Shown here piece after piece: positions 34,998-44,880 of a stretch of 64,000 bases of DNA. The stretch covers positions 1-64,000 of the forward strand of contig JANPEF010000028.1 of NCBI GenBank assembly GCA_031431875.1, in the 5' to 3' direction. The position numbers and the translations under genes are program-made. The notes below the pieces were generated by a model. That model saw only the letters and a list, made by a program, of their open reading frames with translations, was not told the DNA's origin and did not search any database. Each line of letters opens with the position of its first letter. The stretch's first letter is position 1. The DNA is from Candidatus Eiseniibacteriota bacterium. Its GTDB lineage: Bacteria > Eisenbacteria > RBG-16-71-46 > DASYSL01.

Positions 34998-35780
34998 GTG
35001 AGCGAATCGTTGCTGTGTCCCGATTGTGGAGCGGCGAATCCGAGCAATTCCGAGTCGTGCTCGGAGTGCAGCCATCCGCTCGCCGCCGAGTTCCGGCCCC
35101 GCCGGCCGGCGATCGAGCGACCGGAGCGCCCACCGGCCTCGGTGGCGAGCTGGGGCTACCGCCCGTCCGGCGCCGCGGGAAGCGACGTCCCCGGCTGGTT
35201 GTGGGGTGCCGTCGGTGTCGCTGCCCTCGCCGCCGTGTTCATCGCCGCGATCCAGATCGCGAACGCGCCCAAGCCCATCGCCGTGCCCAATGCCAGCGCC
35301 GCGCAGTCGGCGAGCGCCGAGTCGCTGTCGGTGCTGTTGCGCGCCGACTCGTCGGCCGTTGGGGCAAACGTCGCGATGGGCAACCTGATGTACGACACCG
35401 GAAACTTCCCGCTGGCGATCCCGTTCTACCTGCGCGCGCTGAAGAAGGATCCGTCGCTGGTCGACGTCGAGGTGGACCTCGCGGTCTCGTACCACAACTC
35501 CGGCGACTTCGAGACCGCGCGCCGGTTGCTCGAAGGCGTCGTCGCGCAGCATCCCGGCCACGCGATCGCACTGTTCGACCTGGGCGTGGTCTACCAGCAA
35601 TTGGGTCGCGGCGACGACGCGAAGCGCGTGCTCACCCGCGCCCGCGAGGTGGCGGGGCCCGCCGAGATGGCGTCGGTGATCGACGCGATGATCGCGCGTC
35701 TCGACGGCAAGGAGCCGGCCGGCGAGCTGCCGCCCGGGCACCCGCCGATGGACGCGCCGTCGCCCGGCTCCACTCCCTGA
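34998..35780 (+). CDS. Zinc-ribbon + TM + TPR protein
   Basis: CPDC...CSEC, one TM, TPR repeats, C-terminal LPPGHPPM. Confidence 0.8.
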   Translation: MSESLLCPDCGAANPSNSESCSECSHPLAAEFRPRRPAIERPERPPASVASWGYRPSGAAGSDVPGWLWGAVGVAALAAVFIAAIQIANAPKPIAVPNASAAQSASAESLSVLLRADSSAVGANVAMGNLMYDTGNFPLAIPFYLRALKKDPSLVDVEVDLAVSYHNSGDFETARRLLEGVVAQHPGHAIALFDLGVVYQQLGRGDDAKRVLTRAREVAGPAEMASVIDAMIARLDGKEPAGELPPGHPPMDAPSPGSTP

Positions 35781-35804
35781 CGGACTGCGCGCACCGGCCT
35801 CGTG

Positions 35805-36875
35805 ATGCCCGATGACCTCGAAGCGTTGCGCGCCCGGATTCGCGCCCTCGACCTCGAGCTGATCGATCGCGTCGGCGAGCGCCAGGAGCTGGCGCGGCGT
35901 GTCGGCGAGCTCAAGCGCCGGGAGGGTCGCCCCACCGTCGACTTCGAGCAGGAGCGCGTCGTGCTCGACCGGGTGCGCGAGGCGGCCCGCGTGCGCGGCG
36001 TCGACGACGCGGTCGCGCAGGACCTGTTCGTCGCGCTGATCCGCGCCTCCGTCACCGTGCAGGACGAGGACAACCTGCGCGCCTCGGCGCTCGGTGCCGG
36101 GTCGCGCGCCGTGGTCGTCGGCGGCGCCGGGCGCATGGGCCGCTGGTTCGGGCGCTTCCTGGCCGCCCAGGGCTACGCGGTGAGCAGCCTCGATCCGGCC
36201 GGCCCGCCGGCCGAGAGCGCCGCGGCCGAGGGCATCCTCGCCGCCGCGGACCTGGTCGTCTGCTCGACTCCGCCGGCCGCGACGGCGCGGCTGTACGAGG
36301 AGTGGGCGGCCCGCGTTCCCACCGGCGTGATCGTCGACATCGCCAGCATCAAGACCCCGCTGGTCGCGCCGATCCGTGCGCTGCGGGCAGCCGGCGGGCG
36401 CGTCGCTTCGATCCATCCGCTGTTCGGCCCGGCGACGCTGCTGCTGCGCGACGCCGACCTCGTGATCTGCGACACCGGCGATCCGGCCGCGGCCGCCGCG
36501 ATCGAGGCGCTGTTCCTCCCGACCACCGCCCGCCTCGTGCACCTGTCGCTCGAGGATCACGACCGCATCATGGCCGACCTGCTGAGCCTTGCGCACGCGA
36601 CTGCGATCGCGTTTGCCCTCGCGCTGCCCGCCGCCGATCACCCCGTGCGCAGCACGACGTTCCGCGCCCTCGAGGACCTGGCCGCGGCCGTCGTGCGCGA
36701 GAGTCCCGACGTCTACTTCGAGATCCAGGCGAGCAATCCGCACTCGGCGGGCGCGCTCGAGCGACTGCGCGGCGCGCTCGATCGCGTCGCGGCGGCCGTG
36801 ACATCGGGTGATCCGGTCGCGTTCGCACGCCTGCTCGCGGCCGGGCGGGAGCGGACCGCGCCGCGCGAGCGTTAG
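35805..36875 (+). CDS. tyrA: Bifunctional chorismate mutase / prephenate dehydrogenase
   Basis: LRARIRALDLEL chorismate mutase domain; VGGAGRMG, DIASIK, HPLFGP, HDRIMA. Confidence 0.9.
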   Translation: MPDDLEALRARIRALDLELIDRVGERQELARRVGELKRREGRPTVDFEQERVVLDRVREAARVRGVDDAVAQDLFVALIRASVTVQDEDNLRASALGAGSRAVVVGGAGRMGRWFGRFLAAQGYAVSSLDPAGPPAESAAAEGILAAADLVVCSTPPAATARLYEEWAARVPTGVIVDIASIKTPLVAPIRALRAAGGRVASIHPLFGPATLLLRDADLVICDTGDPAAAAAIEALFLPTTARLVHLSLEDHDRIMADLLSLAHATAIAFALALPAADHPVRSTTFRALEDLAAAVVRESPDVYFEIQASNPHSAGALERLRGALDRVAAAVTSGDPVAFARLLAAGRERTAPRER

Positions 36876-37600
36876 CGGGTCGGGACTCCGAGTGCCCCTG
36901 CGGTGTGGCGCGGCAGGTCGGCGTCGCCGGCTCCGGCTCCGGCGCACAATCGTTCGCGCAGGGCCGTGAGGTCGGCGGGCTCGTCGACGTCCCACCAGGG
37001 TTCGAGAACCTCGACGCTCCACGGGGGAGTGGCCCCCTCGGCTCGCTCTCGCGTGCGCGCGCACGCGTCGCCGGTTCCCCACGACGACTCGTCCCGCAGC
37101 ATCGCCCCGGGCGCGCGGTCACTGCCGATCAGCACGAAGCCGCCATCGGCCGCCGGTCCCAGGACCAGCCGCGGCACCGGGGACGCTCCGGCGAGCCGCT
37201 GCACGGCGTCGCGCAGGATGCGGGCCGGCAGGTCCGGGACGTCGGCGCCGACGAGGACCGCCGGCCCGGACACGGTGAGCGCCGCCAGCGCGGCGTCCAT
37301 GCGCGCCCCCAGGTGGGGGCCGTCCTGGAGTGCGATCCGGATCCCGGGGTCGACCAGTTGTCGGGCTGCGGCCAGCGTCTCGACCGTCCCGCGGTCCGGC
37401 TCGGGCGCGACGTAGAACCACGCGCCCGAGGGGGCGACGCGGAGCGCCCGCTCCAGCCCGTCGAGGAGAAACGCCCGCGCCAACTCGGCGGCACGCTCCG
37501 GACCGACCCCGCGGGCCAGCCGCGTCTTGCCCGTCCCGACGCGTGGAATCCGCCCGAAGACTGCAATTTGAGGGATCGCGGGTGCGGCGGGCGTCGCCAC
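36872..37600 (-). CDS. DUF2064/TIGR04282-like glycosyltransferase-fold protein
   Basis: GKTRLA, LGARM, GADVPDL, LGPAADGGFVLIG, WDVDEPADL. Confidence 0.85.
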   Translation of the reverse strand: MATPAAPAIPQIAVFGRIPRVGTGKTRLARGVGPERAAELARAFLLDGLERALRVAPSGAWFYVAPEPDRGTVETLAAARQLVDPGIRIALQDGPHLGARMDAALAALTVSGPAVLVGADVPDLPARILRDAVQRLAGASPVPRLVLGPAADGGFVLIGSDRAPGAMLRDESSWGTGDACARTRERAEGATPPWSVEVLEPWWDVDEPADLTALRERLCAGAGAGDADLPRHTAGALGVPTR

Positions 37601-37884
37601 GGCTCTCCGGAATGGTTCGGGGTCAAGGGCCCGTCAACTCTGCCTGCGACGTGCAGAAATCGGGATCCGAACGGGACCTTCGAGCGTCTACACATGCGAG
37701 GACGCAATCGACATCGGCGTCCGACACTATGAAGTTCCCTGCGGCTCACGTGAGCAGGTTGTTCGGCCGATCCTCTTTTGCGGAGGGTTCGATCCGGCGG
37801 CCCCACGGTCCACAGGCGGGGAACTTCTTCTTCGGGCCGGCGCTCTGCAGAGGGCGCCGGCCCTTCGTGCTACAGTACCGCGTC

Positions 37885-38382
37885 ATGCCCGAACGCGCCC
37901 TCCGTAGCGAGGCTTTCCTCGAAGCCGCCCACGACCACTTCGGCCGGTTCCTCGCCGGCCGGAAGCTCCGCTATACCGCGGAGCGTCGGGCGGTCGTCGA
38001 CGTCGTATTCGCCAAGCACCGTCACTTCGAGGCCGACGACCTGGTGATGTGGACCCGCGGGCAGGACGGCCGGGTCTCCCGGGCCACCATCTACCGCACG
38101 CTCGAGTTGCTGGTGAAGTCCGGGCTCGTCCGCCAGATGACGTTCGGCGACAAGTCGGCCCAGCACTACGAGCAGGTCCTGGGCATTCCGCACCACGATC
38201 ACCTCATCTGCCTCGCCTGCGGCCGCGTCGAGGAGGTCTTCTCCGCCGACCTCGAGCGCGAACAGGACGCCCTGTGCGCCCGCCATGGTTTCGAGGTCCA
38301 TCACCACAACCTGGAAGTCTTCGGCCTGTGCCGCAAGTGTCGCGCCACGGGCGCCACCGCGAAGCAGCGCGGACGCAACTGA
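37885..38382 (+). CDS. fur: Fur-family transcriptional regulator
   Basis: HFEADDL, SRATIYRTL, HHDHLICLACG, FGLCRKC. Confidence 0.92.
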   Translation: MPERALRSEAFLEAAHDHFGRFLAGRKLRYTAERRAVVDVVFAKHRHFEADDLVMWTRGQDGRVSRATIYRTLELLVKSGLVRQMTFGDKSAQHYEQVLGIPHHDHLICLACGRVEEVFSADLEREQDALCARHGFEVHHHNLEVFGLCRKCRATGATAKQRGRN

Positions 38383-38392
38383 CCCGACGCCC

Positions 38393-39784
38393 ATGCGCCG
38401 CTCGTTCACACTGACCGCGGTCTTCGCCCTGGCCGTGATCGTCGTGGTCACCGGCGCGTCGCTGTTCACCTACACACGCGTCCGCAATGCGCTCGAGAGC
38501 GAGTTCGCGCGGCGCGTCGAGTGGGTCGCCGCCGCCGGCGCCGCCGACGTCACGGGCCGCTCCGTGCGCACGCTGCGCGCCGAGGGCGCCTCCGCGTTCG
38601 CCCTCTCCGACTCGATCCTGCTCTCGCTCGGCGCCGTGCGGCGTTCGTCGCAGGCCGCGCGCGTGTTCCTGCTGCATGCCGACGGCACACGGTTGCTCGA
38701 CACCGAGGCCGACCTGATCGTCGGCGAGCCCCCGCCGCTCGACCCCGCCGCGGCCGCGGCCGTACGGCGCGCGCTCGCCGGGCAGCCGGCGCACGGCGGC
38801 CTCGTGGCGCGCCAGGGTCGGCGTTACCTCACGGCATTCGCGCCGGTGCGCGACGCGATGGCGTTGCCCGCGCCAGGTGCGGGCGCCCCGGGCCGCGACC
38901 TGACCCCGGTCGTCGGCGTGCTCGGGGTCGAGGCGAGCGCCGAGTTCCTGGCTGTGCTGCCCGAGATTGCCCGCCTGCTCGCCTCGACCGCGCTGGTGGG
39001 CGCGCTCGCCGTGCTCGCGCTGGCGGCGCTGTTCGTGCGCCTGCTCGCGGCGCAGCAGGGGCTCGAGCGCTCGCTGTCACGGGCCGAGAACCTGGCGTCG
39101 GTCGGCGAGCTGGCGGCGACGCTGGCGCACGAGGTGCGCAACCCGCTCGGTGTCATCGACGGCGCCGCGAAGCGCCTGCACCGGCACTACGCCGGGCCCG
39201 AGCCCGAACTGTTCGGCTACATCGAGGAGGAGGTGGCGCGGCTGTCGCGCACCGTGCACCGCTACCTCGCATTCGCGCGCCCGGCGCCCCCGGGCGAGGG
39301 CGCTGACGTGGCCGATGCGTTCGCCGTGACGCTGGGCCTGCTCGAGCGCGAGGCCGAGTTGCAGGCCGTGCGCGTCGTGCGCGAGCGGGATGCCGCGGTC
39401 GAGTCGGTGGAGTCCGCCGCACCCGGCCCGCACGTGGCCCTCGGCGGCGAGGAGCTGAAACAGGTGTTGTTCAACCTGGTGCGCAACGCGCTCGAGGCCC
39501 TGCCCGCCGGCGGGACGATTCGCGTAGGATGGGCCGCGGAGCCGCACCGCGTGTCGCTGTGGGTCACCGACGACGGCCCGGGCATGGATGCGACGACGCT
39601 CGCCCGCGCTCGCCGCCCGTTCGTCACCACGCGCGCGCAGGGCACGGGGCTGGGGCTCGCCATCGTCGACCGGCTGGTGCGTGAGGCCGGCGGGCACTTC
39701 GAGCTGACGAGCGCGCCGGGGGCAGGGACGACGGCGCGCATCGAGTTGCCGCGCGTCGCGCGGCATGGGCAGGGAGGGGCATGA
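38393..39784 (+). CDS. Sensor histidine kinase
   Basis: Two TMs, LAHEVRNPL, NLVRNA, DDGPG, GTGLGL. Confidence 0.92.
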   Translation: MRRSFTLTAVFALAVIVVVTGASLFTYTRVRNALESEFARRVEWVAAAGAADVTGRSVRTLRAEGASAFALSDSILLSLGAVRRSSQAARVFLLHADGTRLLDTEADLIVGEPPPLDPAAAAAVRRALAGQPAHGGLVARQGRRYLTAFAPVRDAMALPAPGAGAPGRDLTPVVGVLGVEASAEFLAVLPEIARLLASTALVGALAVLALAALFVRLLAAQQGLERSLSRAENLASVGELAATLAHEVRNPLGVIDGAAKRLHRHYAGPEPELFGYIEEEVARLSRTVHRYLAFARPAPPGEGADVADAFAVTLGLLEREAELQAVRVVRERDAAVESVESAAPGPHVALGGEELKQVLFNLVRNALEALPAGGTIRVGWAAEPHRVSLWVTDDGPGMDATTLARARRPFVTTRAQGTGLGLAIVDRLVREAGGHFELTSAPGAGTTARIELPRVARHGQGGA

Positions 39785-41247
39785 GCCGGATCCTGGTGGT
39801 GGACGACGAGGCCCGTGGCGGCGACCTGTTGCGCCGCGAACTGGCCGATCGCGGGCACGACGTCGAGGCGCTGACCAGCTCCCGGGCCGCGCTCGCACGC
39901 CTGGCCGAGGCGTCGTTCGACCTCGTCATCACCGACCTGCGCATGCCGCCGCCCGACGGGCTCGCGCTGCTGGCCGAGATCAAGCAGCGCTGGCCGGCCA
40001 CCGAGGTCATCCTCATGACCGCGCACGGCGACGAGACGACCGCCGTCCAGGCGATGCGCGCCGGCGCCTACGATTACCTGAAGAAGGATCCGCGCGTCGA
40101 GCCCGACGAGATCCAGCTGCGCCTCGAGCGGCTGATCGAGACCAGGGGCGGCCGCGCCGAGCGCGACCGCCTGAGCCGCGAGGTCGTGGCGCTGCGCGCG
40201 GGAACGCTGGCGGTGATCGGCCGGAGCGACGCGCTCGAGCGCGCCGGCGCACTGGCGCGCAAGGTGGCGGCGACTGACGCGACCGTGCTCCTGCGGGGTG
40301 AGTCGGGCACGGGCAAGGACCTGTTCGCGCGCGCGATCCACTTCGACTCGGCGCGCTCGGGCGGCCCGTGGGTGAAGGTGAACTGCGGTGCGATCCCCGA
40401 GAACCTGCTCGAGAGCGAGCTGTTCGGCCACGAGAAGGGCGCTTTTACCGGCGCGATCACGCGCAAGCTGGGTCGCTTCGAGCAGGCCGATGGCGGCACG
40501 ATCTTTCTCGACGAGATCGGCGAGCTCTCCCCGGCGCTCCAGGTCAAGCTGCTGCAGGTGATCGAGGAGAAGGCGTTCGTGCGGGTGGGCGGCAGCGAGA
40601 CGCGTTCGGTCAGCGTGCGCATCGTCGCCGCAACCAACCGCGACCTCGAGGGCGAGGTCTCGGCCGGGCGGTTTCGCGAGGACCTGTTCTATCGCCTCAA
40701 CGTCTTCCCGATCGTCCTGCCGCCATTGCGCGCGCGGCCCGGCGATCTCGAGCCGCTGGTGCACCACTTCCTCGCCGCGGCCGGCTCGCCGCCGGACAAG
40801 ATCACGCCTGCAGGTTACTGCGCGCTGGCGACGTACCCGTTCCCGGGCAACGTGCGCGAGCTGGCGCACGTCATCGAGCGGGCTCTCATCATCGCCGGGC
40901 CCGACCCGATCACGCCCGACGAGCTGCTGTTCCAGCCGGCGCGGCGGGTGGCCCCGGCGGCCGGCGACGGCGCCGGGACCGGCGCGCGCGTCGCGGCGGC
41001 GGGCTTTCTCGAGGGCGGGTTCGCCATCCCCGAGATTCCCGACGGCGGCCTCTCGCTCGAGGCGCTGGAGAAGGCGCTGTTGCTGCAGGCGATCGGAAAG
41101 GCGAAGGGCAACAAGAGCGCAGCCGCCCGCCTGCTGGGCCTGACCCGACGCACGTTGTACTCGCGATTGGAAAAGCACGGGCTGGGTCTCGCCGGCGACG
41201 CCGACGAGGGGAGTGAGGCGGCGGACGCCGCGGAGGAACGGCCGTGA
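39781..41247 (+). CDS. sigma54-dependent response regulator (AtoC/ZraR-like)
   Basis: REC, GESGTGKD, GAFTGA, FPGNVREL, HTH. Confidence 0.95.
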   Translation: MSRILVVDDEARGGDLLRRELADRGHDVEALTSSRAALARLAEASFDLVITDLRMPPPDGLALLAEIKQRWPATEVILMTAHGDETTAVQAMRAGAYDYLKKDPRVEPDEIQLRLERLIETRGGRAERDRLSREVVALRAGTLAVIGRSDALERAGALARKVAATDATVLLRGESGTGKDLFARAIHFDSARSGGPWVKVNCGAIPENLLESELFGHEKGAFTGAITRKLGRFEQADGGTIFLDEIGELSPALQVKLLQVIEEKAFVRVGGSETRSVSVRIVAATNRDLEGEVSAGRFREDLFYRLNVFPIVLPPLRARPGDLEPLVHHFLAAAGSPPDKITPAGYCALATYPFPGNVRELAHVIERALIIAGPDPITPDELLFQPARRVAPAAGDGAGTGARVAAAGFLEGGFAIPEIPDGGLSLEALEKALLLQAIGKAKGNKSAAARLLGLTRRTLYSRLEKHGLGLAGDADEGSEAADAAEERP

Positions 41248-42152
41248 AGTGGAGCGGATGGTTGTTCGACAACCTGGGGCTCAAGTTGTTCGCGCTGTTG
41301 CTGGCGCTGCTGCTGTACCTGCACGTGCTGACCGATCGCACAAGCGAGGAGACCGTCGACTTCCCCCTCGTGGTGAGCGGCCTCGTCGACTCGCTGGCCC
41401 TCGCGACGGCGCCGCCCGAGAGCGTCTCGGTCCGCCTGCGGGGCACGGGCAAGCAGATCCTGCGCCTGCGCTATCTTCGTCCAGCGGTCACGATCGGGCT
41501 GGGCGAGGTGGGCCCGGGCACGTTTCAGCGCACGCTCGGCCCGGCCGACGTGCCGCTCGAGGGGACCACCGGCGTGACCGTGCTCTCGGTGCTCGCCCCG
41601 GAGGTCCTGTCGCTCGACGTCGAGCCGCGCGGCGAGCGTCGCGTGCCCGTCGTCGCCGCGTTCGACGGCGACCCGCAGCGAGGCTTTACCCTCGGCGAGC
41701 CGGTGATACGCCCCGCGCAGGTGCGCCTGAGCGGACCCGCGCGCTGGCTCGCCCTGCAGGACTCGGTGCTGACGCGGCCGATCGCCGTGGCCGGCCGGCG
41801 CGAGTCGCTCGAGGTCATGCAGTCGCTCGCCGGATTGCCGAAATTCGTGTCGGTCTGGCCCGGCTCGGTGCTCGTCGCGGTGCCGATCGAGCCCGAGGAG
41901 ATGCGCACGATCCAGGTGCCGATCGAGGTCCGCGGTGTGCGCGGTGAGCTCCGAGCCGAGCCGCAACCCGCGTTCGGCACGGTGACCGTGCGCGGGCCGC
42001 GCTCGCGCGTCGAGGCCCTCGACGCCGACCTGTTCCGCGCCTCGGTCGATGCGGGCGGACGTGGGCGCGGGGAATGGAAGCTGCCGCTGGAGTGGAGTGG
42101 TGCGGGCGGCGGCGTGGTCGCGCCCGAGAGCGTGCGGGTAGTGCTGCACTAG
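41244..42152 (+). CDS. YbbR/CdaR-family protein
   Basis: DNLGLKLFALLLALLLY N-terminal TM; repeated PESVSVRLRG / PAQVRLSGP / VTVRGP domains. Confidence 0.85.
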   Translation: MKWSGWLFDNLGLKLFALLLALLLYLHVLTDRTSEETVDFPLVVSGLVDSLALATAPPESVSVRLRGTGKQILRLRYLRPAVTIGLGEVGPGTFQRTLGPADVPLEGTTGVTVLSVLAPEVLSLDVEPRGERRVPVVAAFDGDPQRGFTLGEPVIRPAQVRLSGPARWLALQDSVLTRPIAVAGRRESLEVMQSLAGLPKFVSVWPGSVLVAVPIEPEEMRTIQVPIEVRGVRGELRAEPQPAFGTVTVRGPRSRVEALDADLFRASVDAGGRGRGEWKLPLEWSGAGGGVVAPESVRVVLH

Positions 42153-42238
42153 CCGCACGGTCGCGGCCTGTATCCGGCGCAACAGGAAGGGCCGCACCCG
42201 TTCGCACGGATGCGGCCCATTGTTCTCAACCGGCGCGG

Positions 42239-43726
42239 TTAGTTCGCGCCGCTGTGCGGACTGGTCACCGCCGCCATGACCCTCTCCAGGTTGAAGCTTC
42301 CCGGCTTCTGGCGCGGCGGGTACTCCCTGAAGCTCTGGATCCACTTCGCGACACCGGCGCTCGCCGGAGCGATCATGAACATGTGCTCGAGGAACCAGCG
42401 CGTGTAGTCCATGCCGATGTCCTGCGCGAGCTCGAACGGATCCGAGCGCAGGTTGGTCAGCATCGGCGCGCGCAACTCCTCGAACGGCTGGACCCAGACG
42501 TGGAAACCGTGGGCCGGCTGCTTGAGGAAGGAGACCTTCCAGTTTCCGTAGCGCAACGCGGCGACGCTGCCGTCGTCCGTCCAGTACAGGAACTCCTTGC
42601 GCGGCCACGCGGCCTCGCCCTTGAGCGCCGGCATCAGGTTGTAGCCGTCGAGGTGGACCTTGTAGTCGCGGCCCATGGCCTTGTGGCCCTTGAGCAGCTT
42701 CTCGGCGACATCCGGCTCGCCGGCGGCGGCCAGCAGCGTCGTGCACATGTCCTCGTGCGCGCCGATGTCGTTGACGACCGTGCCGGGCTTGATCACCCCG
42801 GGCCAGCGCATGGCGCAGGGAACGCGGTATCCGCCTTCCCACGGCGTGTTCTTCTCGCCCTTGAACATCGTCGTGCCGCCATCGGGCCAGGTGAACACCT
42901 CGGCGCCGTTGTCGGTGGAGTACATGACGATCGTGTTCTCGTCGAGGCCGAGCTCCTTGAGCTTGTCCAGCATCTCGCCGACCTGGCGATCGTGCTCGAC
43001 CATGCCGTCGGCGTAGATGCCGAGACCCGTCTTGCCCGCCACGCCTTCCTTGAGGTGGGTGAAGATGTGCATCTTGGTCGAGTTCCACCACAGGAAGAAG
43101 GGCTTGTCCTCCTGCTTGGCGCGCTCCATGAAGTCGATGGCCTTGGCGCTGACCTCCTCGTCGAAGGTCTCCATGCGCTTCCTGGTCAGCGGGCCGGTGT
43201 CCGTCTTGCGGCCATCGGCAAACGTGTGCATGACGCCACGCGGGCCGAAGTTCTTCTTGAAGTCCGGGAAGTCCTTCGCCTTCGGGTAGTCGGGATGCTC
43301 GGGCTCTTCCTCGGCGTTCAGGTGATAGAAGTTGCCGAAGAACTCGTCGAAGCCGTTGTTCGTCGGAAACATCTCGTCGCGATCGCCGAGGTGGTTCTTG
43401 CCGAACTGTCCCGTCATGTAGCCGTGGTTCTTGAGCAGGCCGGCGATCGTCGGGTCCTCGATCTTCATGCCCTCGGGGGCGCCGGGCAGGCCGACCTTCG
43501 TCAGGCCCGTGCGGATCGGCGACTGGCCGGTGATGAAGGCGGCGCGGCCGGCGGTGCAGCTCTGCTGTCCGTACCAGTCGGTGAACAGCGCGCCCTCGGC
43601 GGCGATGCGATCGATGTTCGGCGTCTTGTAGCCCATCATGCCGAGGTTGTAGGCGCTGATGTTGAACTGGCCGATGTCATCGCCCCAGAGAATGAGGATG
43701 TTCGGCTTCTTGCCGGGTGTGGCCAT
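42239..43726 (-). CDS. Arylsulfatase-family protein (Cys-type)
   Basis: PNILILWGDDIG, CTAGR (CxxxR), GKNHLG, STDNG. Confidence 0.93.
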   Translation of the reverse strand: MATPGKKPNILILWGDDIGQFNISAYNLGMMGYKTPNIDRIAAEGALFTDWYGQQSCTAGRAAFITGQSPIRTGLTKVGLPGAPEGMKIEDPTIAGLLKNHGYMTGQFGKNHLGDRDEMFPTNNGFDEFFGNFYHLNAEEEPEHPDYPKAKDFPDFKKNFGPRGVMHTFADGRKTDTGPLTRKRMETFDEEVSAKAIDFMERAKQEDKPFFLWWNSTKMHIFTHLKEGVAGKTGLGIYADGMVEHDRQVGEMLDKLKELGLDENTIVMYSTDNGAEVFTWPDGGTTMFKGEKNTPWEGGYRVPCAMRWPGVIKPGTVVNDIGAHEDMCTTLLAAAGEPDVAEKLLKGHKAMGRDYKVHLDGYNLMPALKGEAAWPRKEFLYWTDDGSVAALRYGNWKVSFLKQPAHGFHVWVQPFEELRAPMLTNLRSDPFELAQDIGMDYTRWFLEHMFMIAPASAGVAKWIQSFREYPPRQKPGSFNLERVMAAVTSPHSGAN

Positions 43727-43852
43727 GTGAAACTCCAGACGTGGCTAGGGTCATCGGGTGCGGGAGACGAAACCGCGGTGGTGGTTCGCGCTGCAGACGG
43801 GGAATCTAGCAGTTTGTCGGATGAATTGCGTCATCGAGTCGACAATTCGGCC

Positions 43853-44200
43853 TCAGTCGCCCCGCGGGCGGAACTGCGCGTGGAGCCTGGGCGGCGCCTC
43901 CGCGAAGTACCGGAATAGCGCCGGGCACAGCCAGCCCTTCATTCCCAGCGCGGCGCAGGAGTACCAGTACCCGCCGAGGTCCTCTTCTCCACGCTCGAGT
44001 TCGGCTGTCGCACCTGGAAACGGGTTGGCGGAGAAGAGGAGCGTGAATCCCGCGGCCGCATCGGGGATCGGTTCCGTGAGCCGTTCGATGATCTGGTCGG
44101 CCCCGGCGACGAACGGTTCCCGGTGCAGGCCCGCACCAGGATCATCGAACATCCACAGGCCCTGCGACTTGTACGGATGGATCGCGAGGATCGCGTTCAT
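43853..44200 (-). CDS. DUF6717-like hypothetical protein
   Basis: IHPYK...WMFDD...EPFVAGAD...GWLCPALFRYF. Confidence 0.75.
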   Translation of the reverse strand: MNAILAIHPYKSQGLWMFDDPGAGLHREPFVAGADQIIERLTEPIPDAAAGFTLLFSANPFPGATAELERGEEDLGGYWYSCAALGMKGWLCPALFRYFAEAPPRLHAQFRPRGD

Positions 44201-44213
44201 GGCCGGTCGTCCC

Positions 44214-44678
44214 CTAGCCCACCAGTGGCCGGTTGAGTTCCGTGCGCCAGACCGACGGATCGGGGCCCGATTCTGGTCCCTGCACGTAACGCTCCCACAG
44301 ATTCGGCGCGACGCTGTGGCCCTGCTCGTTGATCCACGCGTCGAACTCGCCCCACGCGGTGGCAAGCCCTTCGTAGCGACCACGATAGACCGTGCGGGCG
44401 ACGCGGGCTGCCGGCAGCTCACCGGCGATGACGCGCCCGACCGGCGTCACCGGCGCCGAGACGGGAACCCCCACTTCGAAGTCGAAAGTTTCGGCGTCCA
44501 TGCGCCGATGATGGGAGAAGACGACGTCCGTGGGCCCGATCCTCTGGGCGGCGACGGCGGTCATCACCTCGCCGATGGCGGCGCGCATGACGTTCTGGAT
44601 CTCCGCGCGCGGGATCGTCAGGTGGATCACCGCGACGTGCTGTGCCTCGGTCTCGAGGATCTGGGGGGTCTCGATCAT
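44214..44678 (-). CDS. GyrI-like small-molecule-binding protein
   Basis: ELPAARVARTVYRGRYEGL, WERY, WRTEL. Confidence 0.85.
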   Translation of the reverse strand: MIETPQILETEAQHVAVIHLTIPRAEIQNVMRAAIGEVMTAVAAQRIGPTDVVFSHHRRMDAETFDFEVGVPVSAPVTPVGRVIAGELPAARVARTVYRGRYEGLATAWGEFDAWINEQGHSVAPNLWERYVQGPESGPDPSVWRTELNRPLVG

Positions 44679-44880
44679 GGGCGGAACTCTCCGATTCGGG
44701 CGGAAAGACGGGAACGGACGCGAAAACGCCGATCGGGCCCATCCTAGCGCCCCGGTCGGTCTCGCGAAACGTCATGAATTCACCCGATGTGCCCCCGCAG
44801 GTTGACGCGGTCCCGGCCAGTCCCTAGCGTCAGGGTCTGGCTTGGACCGTCCGGGTGGGAATCACGGCAGGGGAGGTGCG

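Noticed and set aside
37770..37805. Possible tRNA or tRNA-Sec suggested by GGGTTCGATCC
   Set aside because: No acceptor stem, anticodon arm or CCA consistent with a cloverleaf
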